DNA from: Octopus vulgaris | Lineage: Eukaryota | Length of the DNA: 64,000 nt | Reading direction: 5' to 3' | Assembly (NCBI GenBank): GCA_951406725.2 | Contig: OX597841.1 | Location: forward strand, 1,364,001-1,428,000 | Shown here: piece after piece, positions 13,261-27,399 of the stretch | How positions within the stretch are numbered: the stretch's first letter is position 1 | Layout: every line of letters begins with the position of its first letter | The notes under the pieces: model-generated | What the model was told of the DNA's origin: nothing | Database searches by the model: none | What the model saw: the letters and a program-made list of their open reading frames with translations, nothing else | Program-made: the position numbers and the translations under genes

Positions 13261-13914
13261 TGTGTGCGTGTGTGTGTGTGTGTGTATGTGTGTGTGCACA
13301 TGTATGTGTGTGTGTATGCGTATATGTATATATTTATTGCTATTAGCCACAAAATTTCACACACCAAATTCGCTCCCAAGGCATTGGTCTGCCTGAGGCT
13401 ATAGTAGAAAGCAACTCACCCAAAGTGTCACACAGTGGGACTGAACTTGGGACCACGTGATTGGAAAGCAAACTTCCTAACCACACAGCCGTAGAGAAGC
13501 AAAAGGAGAGGGGGAGGAGAACACAGAAAAAATAATATTCTTAACTACCAACAACCCAGGAGGTGATGATAACTCCATCCTTTTCTTTCTAATTATTGTC
13601 AGGTGAGAGATGAAGGTCAACTTCGTCTCCTCCTATCAGACTCCTCCCAAAAGTGGATGGAGAAGAATCGTTTGCAGGACAATGCCTTTAAGTACGGGTT
13701 GGGATGGTGGTGGTGGTGATGGCGGTGGTGGTAGTGGAGGGGAGCTGGACAGGGGTGTGTAGGGTAGTTAAGGAGTGAGTCACAGCGCTTAATGGACATT
13801 GTGGTGGTGGTGGTGGCGGAGGTGGCGGTGATGATGGTGATGCGAGTAGCGGTGACCTTTAACAGTAGCAATAATAGATATTGTCAGTGTTGTTGTTGTT
13901 GTCGTTGTCAACGT

Positions 13915-14968
13915 CGTAATTATCATCATCATCATCATCATTATCATCATCACCATCGTCATCATCGTCGTCATCATCAACATCATCGTCATCACCATCA
14001 TCATCATCACCATCATAATTGTCATCATCATCATCGTCGTCATCATCATCACCATCATAATCGTCATCATTAGTGTCGGCGTCATCATCATCATCACCAT
14101 CATCATCACCATCATAATCGTCATCATCGTCGTCGTCATCATCACAATCATCATCATCGTCATCATCATCGTCATCATCATCATCATTCTCGTCATCATC
14201 ATCACCATCACCACCATCATCATCATCATCATCACCATCACCATCATTCTTGTCATCGTTGTCATCATCATCAGCATCAACATTATGACCACCATTATCA
14301 TTCTTGTCATCGTCGTCATCATTACCAGCAACAACAATGACAGCACTGTTGACAAACCAGTTCTAAACCATCTATAAATTTACCAATTAACACCCAACGC
14401 CAACAACAACAACAACAACAACAACTACAACAACAATGGCAATAATTATTACAGCAACAACAACGACAACAACAACAACAAACAACAATAACAACGAAAT
14501 AATGATTATGATGACAACAACATACAATTAATGATAACAACATTGATATCATCGGAACAATATCAAGAACGGCGACAACAATAACAACAGCAATAATGAT
14601 AACAATAACGCTGTCGACAAACCAGTCCTGACCATCCATAAAATTTACCAAATTAACAACGACGATCGTAACAACAACAACAACAACGGCAATGGCAGCA
14701 ATTAATGTCCCCCCCCCCATTAAAATAATGATACTAATGAGCAATCAAGATCAATATCATTATCGTCATTGACATCACAACCTTTTTTTTTTTCTGTACT
14801 GAGATTATCGTCGTCGTCGTCATCATCGTCATCGTCATCATCATCATCATCGTCATCACCATCGTCATCATCATCATCATCATCACCATCATTATCATCA
14901 TCACCATTATCATCATCATCATCATCATTATCATCGTCGTCATCACCATCATCATCATCATCAACATT

Positions 14969-15000
<32 letters not shown>

Positions 15001-15244
15001 CATTATCATCATCACCATCATCATCGTCATCATCATCATCATTATCATCACTATCATTATCATCATCATCATCATCACCATCATTATCATCATCATCATT
15101 ATCATCATCATCATCATCATCATCATTATCATCATCATAATTATCATCATCACCATCACCATCGTCATCGTCATTATCATCATTATTATCATCACCATCA
15201 TCATCGTCATCATCATCATCATCATCATCATTATCATCATCATT

Positions 15245-15288
<44 letters not shown>

Positions 15289-15559
15289 TGATGTCGTCGT
15301 CATCATTATCGTTATGAACTTCGTAAACATCTTTGTGTTCGTCTTCTTCTTCTCCCCCCCTTTCTTCACAGCAGCATCAATTTGCTCTCCATTACTTTTG
15401 TCATCATCATTATCACTGTCATCATCATCATCATCATCTACGTTCTTATCACCTTCGTTATGATGGTCGTCAACATAGACTTCAAAAATATCTTCATCTT
15501 TGTAACCGTCAGTCTTCAGCATCAATTTCTACTCTGTTATCTCCATCCTCATCACCACC

Positions 15560-15590
<31 letters not shown>

Positions 15591-15658
15591 TCGCCATCGC
15601 CATCATCATGACCATCATCATCATCATTACTATCATCATCACCATCATCATCATCATC

Positions 15659-15690
<32 letters not shown>

Positions 15691-15950
15691 TACTATCATC
15701 ATCATCATCATCATCACCATCGTCACCATCATCATCACCATCATCATCACAATCATCAACGCCATTCTAATAGTCATAGTCATCCTGCCCATGTTCTCGT
15801 CATCACCCTTATCGTTGTCGTCGCCATGACCACCATCGGCATCGTCGTCGTTGTTGTCATCATCCAGCATCCTCGTTGTCATCATCTACATTGTCATCAC
15901 CTTCGTCCTACGATAGTTATCATAGCGATGACGATGACCACCAAATTTCA
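13915..15950. repeat. Degenerate (CAT)n and (CAA)n trinucleotide tracts
   Basis: Direct inspection; source of poly-M/H/I/S pseudo-ORFs. Confidence 0.95.
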
Positions 15951-17131
15951 TCGCCGTCTCTGACACGAACACACTGTTTCTACAATCGCTCTGTAACTAC
16001 AACAGCAACAACAACAACTTCTAGTACTATGAATACTACTACAACCACCACCACCACCACCACTATTTCCATCACTACTACACTACCAACACACCAGCAG
16101 CACCTACATGCACACACACACACATACACAGACTACCACCACACTACTATCACGCGCTAACACCCTAACTACATTACCTCTGATATACCACCCCTGCGCC
16201 CCCCACCGCTGCCACCACCACAAACACTAGCGCCGCCACACTTCCACTATATCTCTGCCATCTCTAGCCTGCGTCTGGCTATGGCCATATATTCTGGGGA
16301 AACTTCCAGCGAAGGTTTTGCATTGATCTATCGTCATTGATCACTAATAATTGATCAGTGGTCATTGATCTTTGATCAGAGAAAATAAAAATGTCTAAAA
16401 ATAACCGGCAAGAGGGGGGCTGTGTAACGCTAATCAAAAGATTGAAGAGATACATATGAAATTAACCCTTTTTAATACGAATTCACACGAGGTGGGGGGG
16501 GGCTGTCCTTGTAGAAGTATTGTTTTACATGTCTCAGTCAGTTAACTGTGGCCATGCTGGAGCAATGCCTTTGTGATCAAACAAATATCAACCCTAGGAC
16601 TTATTCTTTGTAAGCCTAGTACTTTTTTTGTCGGTCTCTTTTTGCCAAACCACTAAGTTACGGGGATGTAAACACATCAACATCGCTTGTCGATGCTTCC
16701 TGGGGGGACAAGCACAGACACACAGATACATACATATATACATATATATATATATCATCATCATCATTGTCGTTTAACATCTGCTTTCCATACTGGCAAA
16801 GGTTGGATGGTCTGACTGGGGGCTGGCAAGCCAGGAGGCCACATCAAGCTCCAATCTGATCTGGCAAAGTTTCTACAGCTGGATGCCCTTCCTAATGCCA
16901 ATTACTCTGAGAGTGTAGTGGGCGCTTTTTACATGCTACTGGCATGGTACCAGTCAGGCTGTACAGGCATCAACGACACTCAAATGGTGCTTTTACATGC
17001 CACTGGCATAGGTGCCAATCAGGCCGTACTGGCATCACCCCTTCCCATATATATATATATATACTAGCAGTATCACCCGGCAATAAATTGTTCCTCTCAC
17101 ACCGTCTCCGAAGAAGGGATATTATTATTAA

Positions 17132-17440
17132 CTAACAGTATCGCCCGGCGTTGCTCGGGTTTGTAAGGGAAATAACTATATAAGCATTTTTAGAGAGTTA
17201 CTTCCCTTATATAAACCCGAGCAAAAAATGCATTAAAAATGCGGAAAAATGATGGTAAATTTTTTTTAAATCGTAGACACATCGTAGACACGCGCTAATA
17301 CCCAGAAGGGCTTGATATGAATCACGACTATAAGATACCCGCTTTTGGTTAAACTGCACCGCAAAATGTGGGAGTAGTTAGGAATCTAAATCGGAGGAGA
17401 CAGACTCTCACACACACAACTTCAGTTTTATATATAAAGA
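17132..17440 (-). mobile_element. Non-autonomous Helitron-like element
   Basis: Same 3' hairpin end as 12296; 5' TCTTTATATATAAA. A further 3' end starts near 19222. Confidence 0.7.
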
Positions 17441-17454
17441 TATATATCAGCAGT

Positions 17455-18130
17455 ATCAAAATCAAATCAAATGGAAATTGTAGTTGCGAGGCCTGTGCTG
17501 GTAGCACGTAAAAAGTACCATCCGAATGGGGCCAATGCCAGCTCCTCTGGCCCCTTGTACCAATGGCACATACAAAGCACCCACTACACTCTTGGAGTTG
17601 TTGGTGTTAGGAAGGGCATCCAGCTGTAGAAACACTGCCAGATTAGATTGGGGTCTGCTGCAGCCTCCTGGCTTCCCAGACCCCAGTCGAACCGTCCAAC
17701 CCATGCCAGCATGGAAAACGGACGTTAAACGATGATGATGATGATGTATATATATGTATAAAGCACCCACTACACTCTTGGAGTGGTTGGTGTTAGGAAG
17801 GGCATCCAGCTGTAGAAACACTGCCAGATTAGATTGGGGTCTGGTGCAGCCTCCTGGCTTCCCAGACCCCAGTTGAACTGTCCAACCCATGCCAGCATGG
17901 AAAACGGACGTTAAACGATGATGATGATGATGATGTATATATATATATGTATAAAGCACCCACTACAGTCTTGGAGTGGTTGGTGTTAGGAAGGGCATCC
18001 AGCTGTAGAAACACTGCCAGATTAGATTGGGGTCTAGTGTAGCCTCCTGGCTTCCCAGACCCCAGTTGAACTGTCCAACCCATGCCAGCATGGAAAACGG
18101 ATGTTAAACGATGATGATGATGATGACGAT
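17455..18130 (+). repeat. Three head-to-tail copies (about 185-190 bp) of the RTE 3' UTR end (family C)
   Basis: AAAGCACCCACTACAC...GACGTTAAACGATGATG unit repeated three times. Confidence 0.92.
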
Positions 18131-18507
18131 ATATATATAAATTAAGATTCAGTTGAATTAGATGCTGAAGATGAAGCACTAAGTCAGTCCGGTATTATCC
18201 ATAGAGCTCAAAGTCAGGTGAATAAAATCAAAATCAAAATCGATCAACATCAATGGAAATTGTAGCTGTGATACCAGTGCCGGTGGCACGTAAATAGCAC
18301 CCACTACACTTACGGAGTGGTTGGCGTTAGGAAGGTCATCCAGTTGTAGAAACACTGCCAGATCAGATTGGAGCTTGGTGCAGCCTCCTGGCTTCCCAGA
18401 CCCCAGTTGAACCGTCCAACCCATGCCAGCATGGAAAACAGACGTTAAACGATGATGATGATGATGATGATGATATATATATATATATATGTATATGTAT
18501 ATATATA

Positions 18508-18792
18508 TAGAGTGGTTGTATACTGTCAAACTAACGTGACAGTCCCGTAAGGCAATTACACCACCACTGTTTAGCCCTAGGAAGCATCGACGCTTCCTGT
18601 CGGCCTTGACACATTTCCTGTGTCCTTATATATTTATGAAGGGGAGACAAACACCCCCAACAGCTTGGCCTGCATCTAGAGACATGCATGTTTCTGGGTC
18701 TTGCCCATCATCAGTCTAGAGTAGCAGAGGCCTGCTAGCTGAAGATATTTGTCTAGACCTCGTAAGTTAACAGTATACAACCACTCTATCAC
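18508..18792. mobile_element. Penelope-like pseudo-LTR fold-back element
   Basis: Inverted ends AGAGTGGTTGTATACTGT / ACAGTATACAACCACTCT, internal hammerhead, related copy at 57873-58033. Confidence 0.6.
18661..18741 (-). ncRNA. Type I hammerhead ribozyme
   Basis: TCTAGA-CTGATGA-TGGG(CAAGA)CCCA-GAAA-CATGCATG-TC-TCTAGA: complete core, GUC triplet, palindromic stem III, extended stem I. Confidence 0.8.
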
Positions 18793-18849
18793 TCCACCAC
18801 CACACATATCTCTATGAGATATTTAGAAATTTAATATTTCTGATATATA

Positions 18850-19208
18850 TAATAATAACAATAATAATAATAATAAAAACATTGTGTACAGTGCTCAGGT
18901 GCACTACAACTCATCTAAAGTGTATGTATAGTATATAGGGTAATGTACAAGCGTCAGGAAAAGAACAGTGCATGAGTCATGACATACACATATGTGTATG
19001 AGTATGGATGGGGGGGGCAATCAGGTGTAGTTTCGGCAGATTTCGGAAAGCATGAGGGCCTTAAAGGATGCAGTGTCATGGCAGTCAACAACTGACGCAG
19101 GCAGTTTGTTCCATGCTTCAGCAACTCTGAGCGTGAAAAAATGTTTCCGAAAGTCATGGGAGCTGTGTTGTTTTCTGACTTTGTAGGCATGTCCACGTGT
19201 GTTAGACA
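18850..19208 (-). mobile_element. CR1-clade LINE 3' end
   Basis: TRGHAYKVRKQHSSHDFRKHFFTLRVAEAWNKLP plus a trinucleotide (TTA/AAT) tail. Confidence 0.85.
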
Positions 19209-21982
19209 CATATATATATACTAGCAGTATAGCCCTGCGTTGCTCGGGTTTGTTTTTTAGTTGTGCTTAAAACGGCAGACTTTGATATTGCGTTAACAAA
19301 CTTTTGACATAGTTTCAATCTATGAATAAAAGTATAGTGTGGCGATGCTCGAATTTGCTCTGAATGTGCTGCAAATGTGTAATGCCGAATCCAGTTCTTT
19401 GTATTGTTGGTTAATATTCCTTCTATTAACATTGTGGAGAAAAAATTACCCGTAGATTTAAAGCAAAATGAAGCTCATGTTTCGAACTGCACTGAAAATC
19501 TATTAAGAAGTTAACACTGCAACAGTATTCATTTAGAAAAAGTATAGGAAAATCCGTTGTTCGCTCAAATCCAATGGCATCACAAAAAAATTCTTTTCGA
19601 CCCTTTAGAATTGGAATTTTTGAAAAGTAAAAATTTTGCGGTATGTAGCTGGTTATTCTCTTTAAGTGAACATTTTTCTGGTTGAAATACACCGAAAAAT
19701 GGTGACATAGCTGAAAAAAATTGTAAAAAAATAGGGATTTTCATAGAAAATAAGCACCTTTTTGATGTAAATAATTTTTGGTGTTAACATGGTCCGATTT
19801 GAATTTCTTCTTCTACGGACTAAAGAGCAAGCCTTCTTCTATCATACTCTCAATTGATGATAACGATGATGGTGATGATGATGATTATAATGATGATTAT
19901 ATGATGATGATAACGATGATGCAATGATGATGATGACAATGATAGCGACGACTATGATGATGACGATAATGATGATGACATCGATGATGATGCGATAATG
20001 ATGATGATGACGATGAAGACAATGATGGCAATGACTATGATGATGATGATGATGATTGCAATGATGGTGGTGGTGGTGGTGATTATAATGATGATTATGA
20101 TGACGACAACGACAGTGATGTGATTGATTTCAATGATGACAATGATGATGACGGTAATGATGATGATAGTGATGACAATGACAATGATGATGACAAGCTG
20201 TGCTATGAGAGAATATTTGAGAGCTATTTCTATTTCTACCATGCAGGAAGGGGCCACATGTTGGCTCGTTGTATGGTGATGTATGGGGTGGGCGGATGGT
20301 GGAGAGGGTGTAGGGTTGTTGCTGTTGTTGTTGTTGTTGTACTTGTATCAAGCTAATTTTCAATTTATGCCCATAATCTAATTTCGCTTTTTTTTTTTTT
20401 CTTCTGGAACTTTCCATGTTCCCCCTCCCGCCACTAACCATCCTTGCCCCTCCCTACTCTGCTCTTCTCTAAATAAAATAAAATAAAATAAAATAAAATA
20501 AAATAACAAAAACAACAAAAACAAATACACTGAAACATTCTGGTAAAACCAGCCTAAGAAATGAAACGGAATCAGATTAACTGGAATACCAGATGTGTTT
20601 AACTGGTTTAATCTGGATTTAATCTGGATTTAAATGATCGTTGAGCTTTTTTTTTTTTTTTTTTGGTTTTTGACGTTTTCCTAATTTAAAAAAAAATATT
20701 CTTTAAACATAGAAAAATAACCCCTTTTACTCCCCGTCTCCCCAAATACAAACAGTAAATAATTACAAGAAATGGAACAACATTACCATCAACGACAACA
20801 ACAACCACAACAACATGGTAATGAAGACCTCTTTTGAGGTTGTCCATCCTGCTAGAAATAGCAGCTAGATTCCTTTAATTTACGACTATCTTATTTAGAA
20901 AAAGGAAGGACATATTGATCTATAATAGCGCTCAGCTTGCTTACCAAACATATGGTTCCAGGTTCAGTCCCACTGCGTAGTACCTTGGGCAAGTGTCTTC
21001 TACGTAACCTCGGGCCGACCAAAGCCTTGTGAGCGGATTTGGTAGATGGAAACTGAAAGAAGCCCTTCGTATATATATGTGTGTGTGTATATGTTTGTGT
21101 GTTTGTGTTTGTCTTCCCACCATCACTTGACAACCGATGCTGGTGTGTTTACGTCCCTGTAACCTAACCATTCAGCAAAAGATGCTGATAGAATAAGTAC
21201 TAGTCATTTTTTTACTGTAGCCATGCTGGAGCACCGCCTTTAATCGAGGAACTCGACCCCGGGACTTATTCTTTTATAAGCCCAGTACTTATTCTATTGG
21301 TCTCTTTTGCCGAACTGCTAAGTAGCGGGGACATAAACACACCAGCATCGTTTGTCAAGCAATGCTAGGGGGACAAACACAGACACACACACACATATAT
21401 ATATATATACATATATACGACGGGCTTCTTTCAGTTTCCGTCTACCAAATCCACTCACAAGGCTTTGGTCGGCCCGAGGCTATAGTAGAAGACACTTGCC
21501 CAAGGTGCCACACAGTGGGGCTGAACCCAGAACCATGTGGTTGGTAAGCAAGCTACTTACCACACAGCCACTCCTGCGCCTAGACTTACAAAGAATAATT
21601 CCTGGGGTCCACTTGTTTGACTACAGGTGATGCTCCTGCATGGCCGCAGTCAAATGACTGAAACAAATAAAACAGTAAAAAAGTAATATATAAAAACCTG
21701 GTCGAATCATTAGCAAACCAGTCCAAACGCTTATGTTTTGGGTTCAAATTCCACTGAGATCAACTTTACTTCTCATCCTTTCTGGGTCGATAAACTAAGT
21801 TACCAGCCGAGCACTGGGGTCGTTGTTATCAACTCAGACCCTTCTCGAAATTGCTGGCCTTGCGCTAAAATTTGAAACCATGTTAATATACAATTGTGTG
21901 TTTGTGTGTGGGGACTTGAATAGTTTTGTGTGTATATATATATATGTATATATATATATCTATCTATATATATATATATACC

Positions 21983-22115
21983 TTATTTAAAGCAGCAGAA
22001 AATTCAACAAAACCTGTTACTCTGAGTTTCCCGTTGCCGTTCATCGGACAGTTTTTGCTAGCAACGGGAAACTCAGAGTAACAGGATTTGTCGAATTTTC
22101 TGCTGCTTTAAATAA
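21983..22115. repeat. Fold-back element, about 55-bp arms, with hammerhead-like motif (22014-22051, minus)
   Basis: Arms TTATTTAAAGCAGCAG...CCCGTTGC and reverse complement; CTGT-CCGATGA-ACGGCAACGG-GAAA-CTCAGAG-TA-ACAG. Confidence 0.7.
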
Positions 22116-24933
22116 AGCATATTACTCTACCACTGGTATTTGAGTACTCTTTTTTCCACCTTGTTTCACATTTATGTGTTTACTCCGGTATATATATATA
22201 TATATATATACAAATAAATGAAAGAATGGAGTTGAACGACGATTTAACAAAATTCCTTTATTCTCGACATATGTTTCGAAGACTGCATATTCCTAATTAC
22301 GAAGGAATAAGGGGTGCATTATGCCGCCTTCAACTCCATTCTTTCATTTATTTGTATTAAAAAAAACACATAAATTGCCGCACGAAAGCACGTGATCTCT
22401 GCCCTTGGCATGTAGCTTCAACCATGTTTTTCTGACGTGAATTTGCTACCCGGGTATTGGTTAACCGAATTATCCATACTAGGATAATTCATTCAACTAC
22501 TTATATATATATATGTGTGTGTGTATGTAGAAGTTCATGTGTGTATATGCATGCATGTGTGTGTCAATATGCAAATGTGTATTTGTGTGTAGACTTGACT
22601 AGTTCTATGTGTGTATATACGTATGAGTTCATGTGTGTATTGTGTGTGTGTGTGTGTTAATATGCAAGTGTATGTGTGAGTGTGTGTGTCTGAAATACTG
22701 TGTGCATATATGTGTATAAGTTTGTGTGTTTTATGTATGTATGTATCCTAGTGTGTGTGTGTGTGTGTATGTGCATGTGCGTTATATGCAAGCACATTTG
22801 TGTATGTGTGTGTGTTTGAATAACTGTATGTGTGTGTTAATATGTAAGCATATGTATGTGTGTGTGGGTGTGTTAATATGCAAGTGCGTGTGTGCATGTA
22901 TTTGAAAACTATGTGTGTATGTGCATGTTTGTGTGACAGCATGCATGTGTCTATGTATGTGTGTGTATTTCAAGTGTGTATGCATGTATGTATGTATATT
23001 TATGTATCTGTTTTGAGTGTGAGTACATTTGTGTATGCGTGAGTGTGTTAAGCTGCATGTGTGCGTGTGTGTGTTTGTGTATATACATATGTATGTGTGT
23101 GTGTATGTATGTGTGCATGTGCATGCAAGTGTAGAAGTATGTGTGTATGTTTTATATATATATACCTCTGTGTGTGTGCAAATGCATGTCTGTGTGTGTG
23201 TGTGTGTGTGTGTGTGCTGATGCAGATGTGTGTCTTTGTGTGTATATGTGTGTGTTAAGCCGTGTATGCGTGTGTGTGTAGATGTGTGAATGAGTTTTCC
23301 TGTGTATTAATCTGCATGTGCATATGTTGTGTGTGTGTGTATATGCAGGCATGTGTGTGCATCTGTACAGTGTGTGTGTGTGTGTGTGCAGTGAGAATGT
23401 TTGTTTTGTTCATATTGCAGCAGCTGATGGAATGTAATTAAAAAAAATAATTAATATAAATAGGAGGGCCCCTTCCACACACACACACACCCATCATAAC
23501 TCCCACCCACATAACTACCCCCCACCGTTGCTAGTCAGAGCCCTGTCCTACATATACTGCACTACCACCACCATCACCAACACCACCACCAATACAACCA
23601 CTACCAATACTAGCGCCACCATTACATCCACAACTACCTTCAACACCACCATCACCATCACTACCACCACCAATACTGCCGCCACCAGTACTGCTGCCAC
23701 CACCACCACCACCATCAACACCATCCAATACTACCACCATCACTACCACCATCAACACCACCACCACCGTCAACACCATCCAATACTACCACCACCATCT
23801 AACATAATCAAAAACAACCCCCACCACAACCACCAGCACTGCTACCGCTACCAGTACCATCAGAGCCATCACCATCACAACATAGGCCACCACCACCACC
23901 ACCAATACCAACAACACCAACACCACCATCACTGCCAATGACATCACCCCCAACACCACTAACACCACCACCACCACATATTAGTCCACACCCAAACTGT
24001 CGCCATCACCATCCTAAATCCTATTGGTTTAACCAATATTCAAACTCCCTAACAACCGCCACCACCACCATCACCATCAAACACTGTTGATGTTTTCTAA
24101 ATGCTGCCGCCCTCCCCCGACCATCATCAGCCTTCTTACCATCACCACTGTCATCATTAACATCATCATCATCAGTAGCAGCAGTGGAGGTGCAATGGCC
24201 CAGTGGTTAGGGCAGCCGACTCGCGGTCGGAGGATCGCGGTTTCAATTCCCAGACCGGGTGTTGTGAGTGTTTATTGAGCAAAAACACCTAAAGCTCCAC
24301 GAGGTTCCGGCAGGGGGTGGTTGCGACCCCCTGTTGTACTCTTTCGCTCCAACTTTCTCTCACTCTTTCTTCCTATTTCTTGTCCCCGACTTCCTACGCA
24401 ACCGCTGAGCCTGAATGCACGTTCATCAATGTTCTCGGTGTTGGGAGTTGACCTGCTTTCTCTTCTGCGGGTCTTACGAATAGCAAAGGACCATGTACCA
24501 GACTTCTCCCATCTTGCAAGCTCTGGGACGAAGACCATTCGCTGAACAGCAACAGCAGCAACAGCATGGCATGATTTAAGGGAGACTTAGCTATGGTTTG
24601 TAGATAGAATGTCAAAATATGATGGATAGGTTTTATAACATGCATACATCACATACATATGGTACAGCCATCCATCCATCCATCCATACATACATACATA
24701 CAGTACATATATACATGCATACATATATACATGCATGCATACACACACATGCACAAACACATATACACATACATTATATATAGACACACACATACATACA
24801 TACATACATACGTACATACATACATACATACATGCATATAATACATACATGCATACATACATACAGTACATATACACATACATACATGCATACATACATA
24901 CATACATACATACATACATACATGCATATATAT

Positions 24934-24964
<31 letters not shown>

Positions 24965-25575
24965 CATAAATATATACATACATGCATGCATACACAGACA
25001 CATACAGTACATATACACATACATACACATATTCAAGCATACATGCAGACACACATGCTCACGTACATACACATACATACATACATACATATATGCACAC
25101 ATGCATACACACACACACATATATGCATACACACATACAGTATATATGCACACACATACATGAATACATACATGCATGCATACACACACATGTATACACA
25201 CACACACACACATACATACATACATACATACATATACACATACATGCATACATGTGTACATACATGCATGCATGCATACACACATGCACATATGTACACA
25301 CATACAGTACATATTTGATAACACAATAGGTTAGACAGGATGATGTCTATATTACAATATTACAATAATCCATAATGTGTTGTGCATGTATGCTAATATC
25401 ACAATCATGAAATTAGCATTAGCTTATCTCACTCTTTCTCATAGAACCCATAGGAACCTTTTGTGGAACCCTAGGTGTCCAGAGAACCCCGGTTGAGAAA
25501 CGCTGGTCTACACCCACAGATGGTCACCCTTGGAAATCCAGCTGCAAAGGTTGCTTCTGACAGAACCCTATAGAG

Positions 25576-25794
25576 CAGTGGTTTTTAACCAGGGTTCCGC
25601 GGAACCTTAGGGTTCCGCCAGTACAGTCCAAGGGTTCCGCAAGAAGTTACAAAACTGCTAAAATCGGCAGTAATTTTTAATTCTCCTGTGCAGATATGTG
25701 TGCATAAGACTATTAAATTATTGCACAGGGGTTCCTCGAGCCAGTGGAATGTTTCCTTGGGGTTCCGCTCCAGTAAAAAGTTTGAAAAGCACTG
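25576..25794. mobile_element. hAT (Charlie-type) MITE
   Basis: TIRs CAGTGGTTTTTAA / TTGAAAAGCACTG; 8-bp TSD CTATAGAG / CTATAGAA. Confidence 0.85.
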
Positions 25795-25894
25795 CTATAG
25801 AAGAAGTGCCTGAGGACGCCACCTCCATCACCCTCCCAGGAATTGATGAAGAGGATGGATTGATGGATGGATTTGTTTCTTATTTTAACACTTG

Positions 25895-26323
25895 TGCAGG
25901 AGTGGCTGTGTGGTAAGTAGCTTGCTAACCAACCACATGGTTCTGGGTTCAGTCCCACTGCGTGGCACCTTGGGCAAGTGTCTTCTGCTATAGCCCCGGG
26001 CCGACCAATGCTTTGTGGGTGGATTTGGCAGACGGTAACTGAAAGAAGCCTGTCATATATATGTATACATATATATATGTATATATATGTGTGTGTGTGT
26101 GTATGTGTTTGTGTGTCTGTGTTTGTCCCCCTAGCATTGCTTGACAACTGATGCTGGTGTGTTTACGTCCCCGTCACTTAGCGGTTCGGCAAAAAAGACC
26201 GATAGAATAAGTACTGGGCTTACAAAAGAATAAATCCCGGGGTCGATTTGCTCGACTAAAGGCGGTGCTCCAGCATGGCCGCAGTCAAATGACTGAAACA
26301 AGTAAAAGAGAGTAAAAGAGAGT
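25895..26323 (+). mobile_element. SINE family A, near full length
   Basis: Head-to-tail match to other family A copies. Confidence 0.88.
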
Positions 26324-26832
26324 AGCAAAGCTTGGTTTGGTAACTACAGGAGGCTATCAAAATTATTTGTACCACATCTACCAAAAACAGGAAATTACGT
26401 GTCGGGGTTGAGAAAAAGATGCACATCTGGGAGTCAGCAATCGTCTCGAAACTCAGTGGGATTCAACTTGGGGAAGGTTTGTCTGTTCTATGTCTGCTAT
26501 TTCTAGCCGATCAAGTGACCACGTTTGAGTGCCCTCCTTTTTTTTTCAATGACTCAACTCTAATATCTGGTTTACAAATCCAGGTCAGATAGGTCTGTCT
26601 GTGTTTCTGCAATCAACCGGACATCATCAGCTGTCAGGTTTTTTTTTTTTTTTGCATTTGCAGTGAGAAAAATATGTGCACCGTTTGTCTGATGTAGAAG
26701 TACTGCAGCAGTAACAACAATGGAGACAAAAAAAAAAACACCACCACCACCACCACCACCACCACCACAACCGCCACCACCACTACCATTACTACCAACA
26801 CTGCCATCACAACTACTACAACTCTTACAACA

Positions 26833-26869
<37 letters not shown>

Positions 26870-27399
26870 TGACGACGACCACCACCACCGCTACAACTAC
26901 TACTACCACCACCACCGCCACCATTGCTGCCGCCGCCGCCAGCACCACTACTTCTACTAGTTAAGAAGTTTGTTTTGCAAACTACTGCGCTTTGTGTTCA
27001 ATCCAACACTGTGGTGCCAGTTCAACCTATGCCTTAGGGTTGAAATTTACTAGATGGAAACTGAAAGAAGCCTGTTGTGTGTTTGTGTGAGTCCATGTGT
27101 GTATGTGTTCATGCGTGCATGTATACGTAGAAATATATATATATATAATTTTTCTTGTGCCGGTGGCACGTAAAAAGCACCCACTACACTCTCGAAGTGG
27201 TTGGCGTTAGGAAAGTTTGCCAGCCTTCAGTCAAAACCGTCCAACCCATGCTAGCATGGAAAGCGAACGTTAAACGATGATGATGATTCAAATCCCTCTC
27301 AACACATGGCTCTGATGCTCCCCCACTACTCCTGCTCATCATCAGAGATGCACATATTGTCAGATACCAAGAGACATGCTCAAGTGGTTAAGGTCAATT

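Noticed and set aside
20570-20635. Three TAATCT (K50 homeodomain-like) sites
   Set aside because: Explained by a short 11-bp duplication in AT-rich DNA
24184-24258. tRNA-like sequence with A and B boxes
   Set aside because: It continues into the SINE-D body and is multi-copy, so it is a SINE head, not a tRNA gene
26639-26715. Strong polypyrimidine acceptor
   Set aside because: All three frames hit stops quickly and there is no convincing donor
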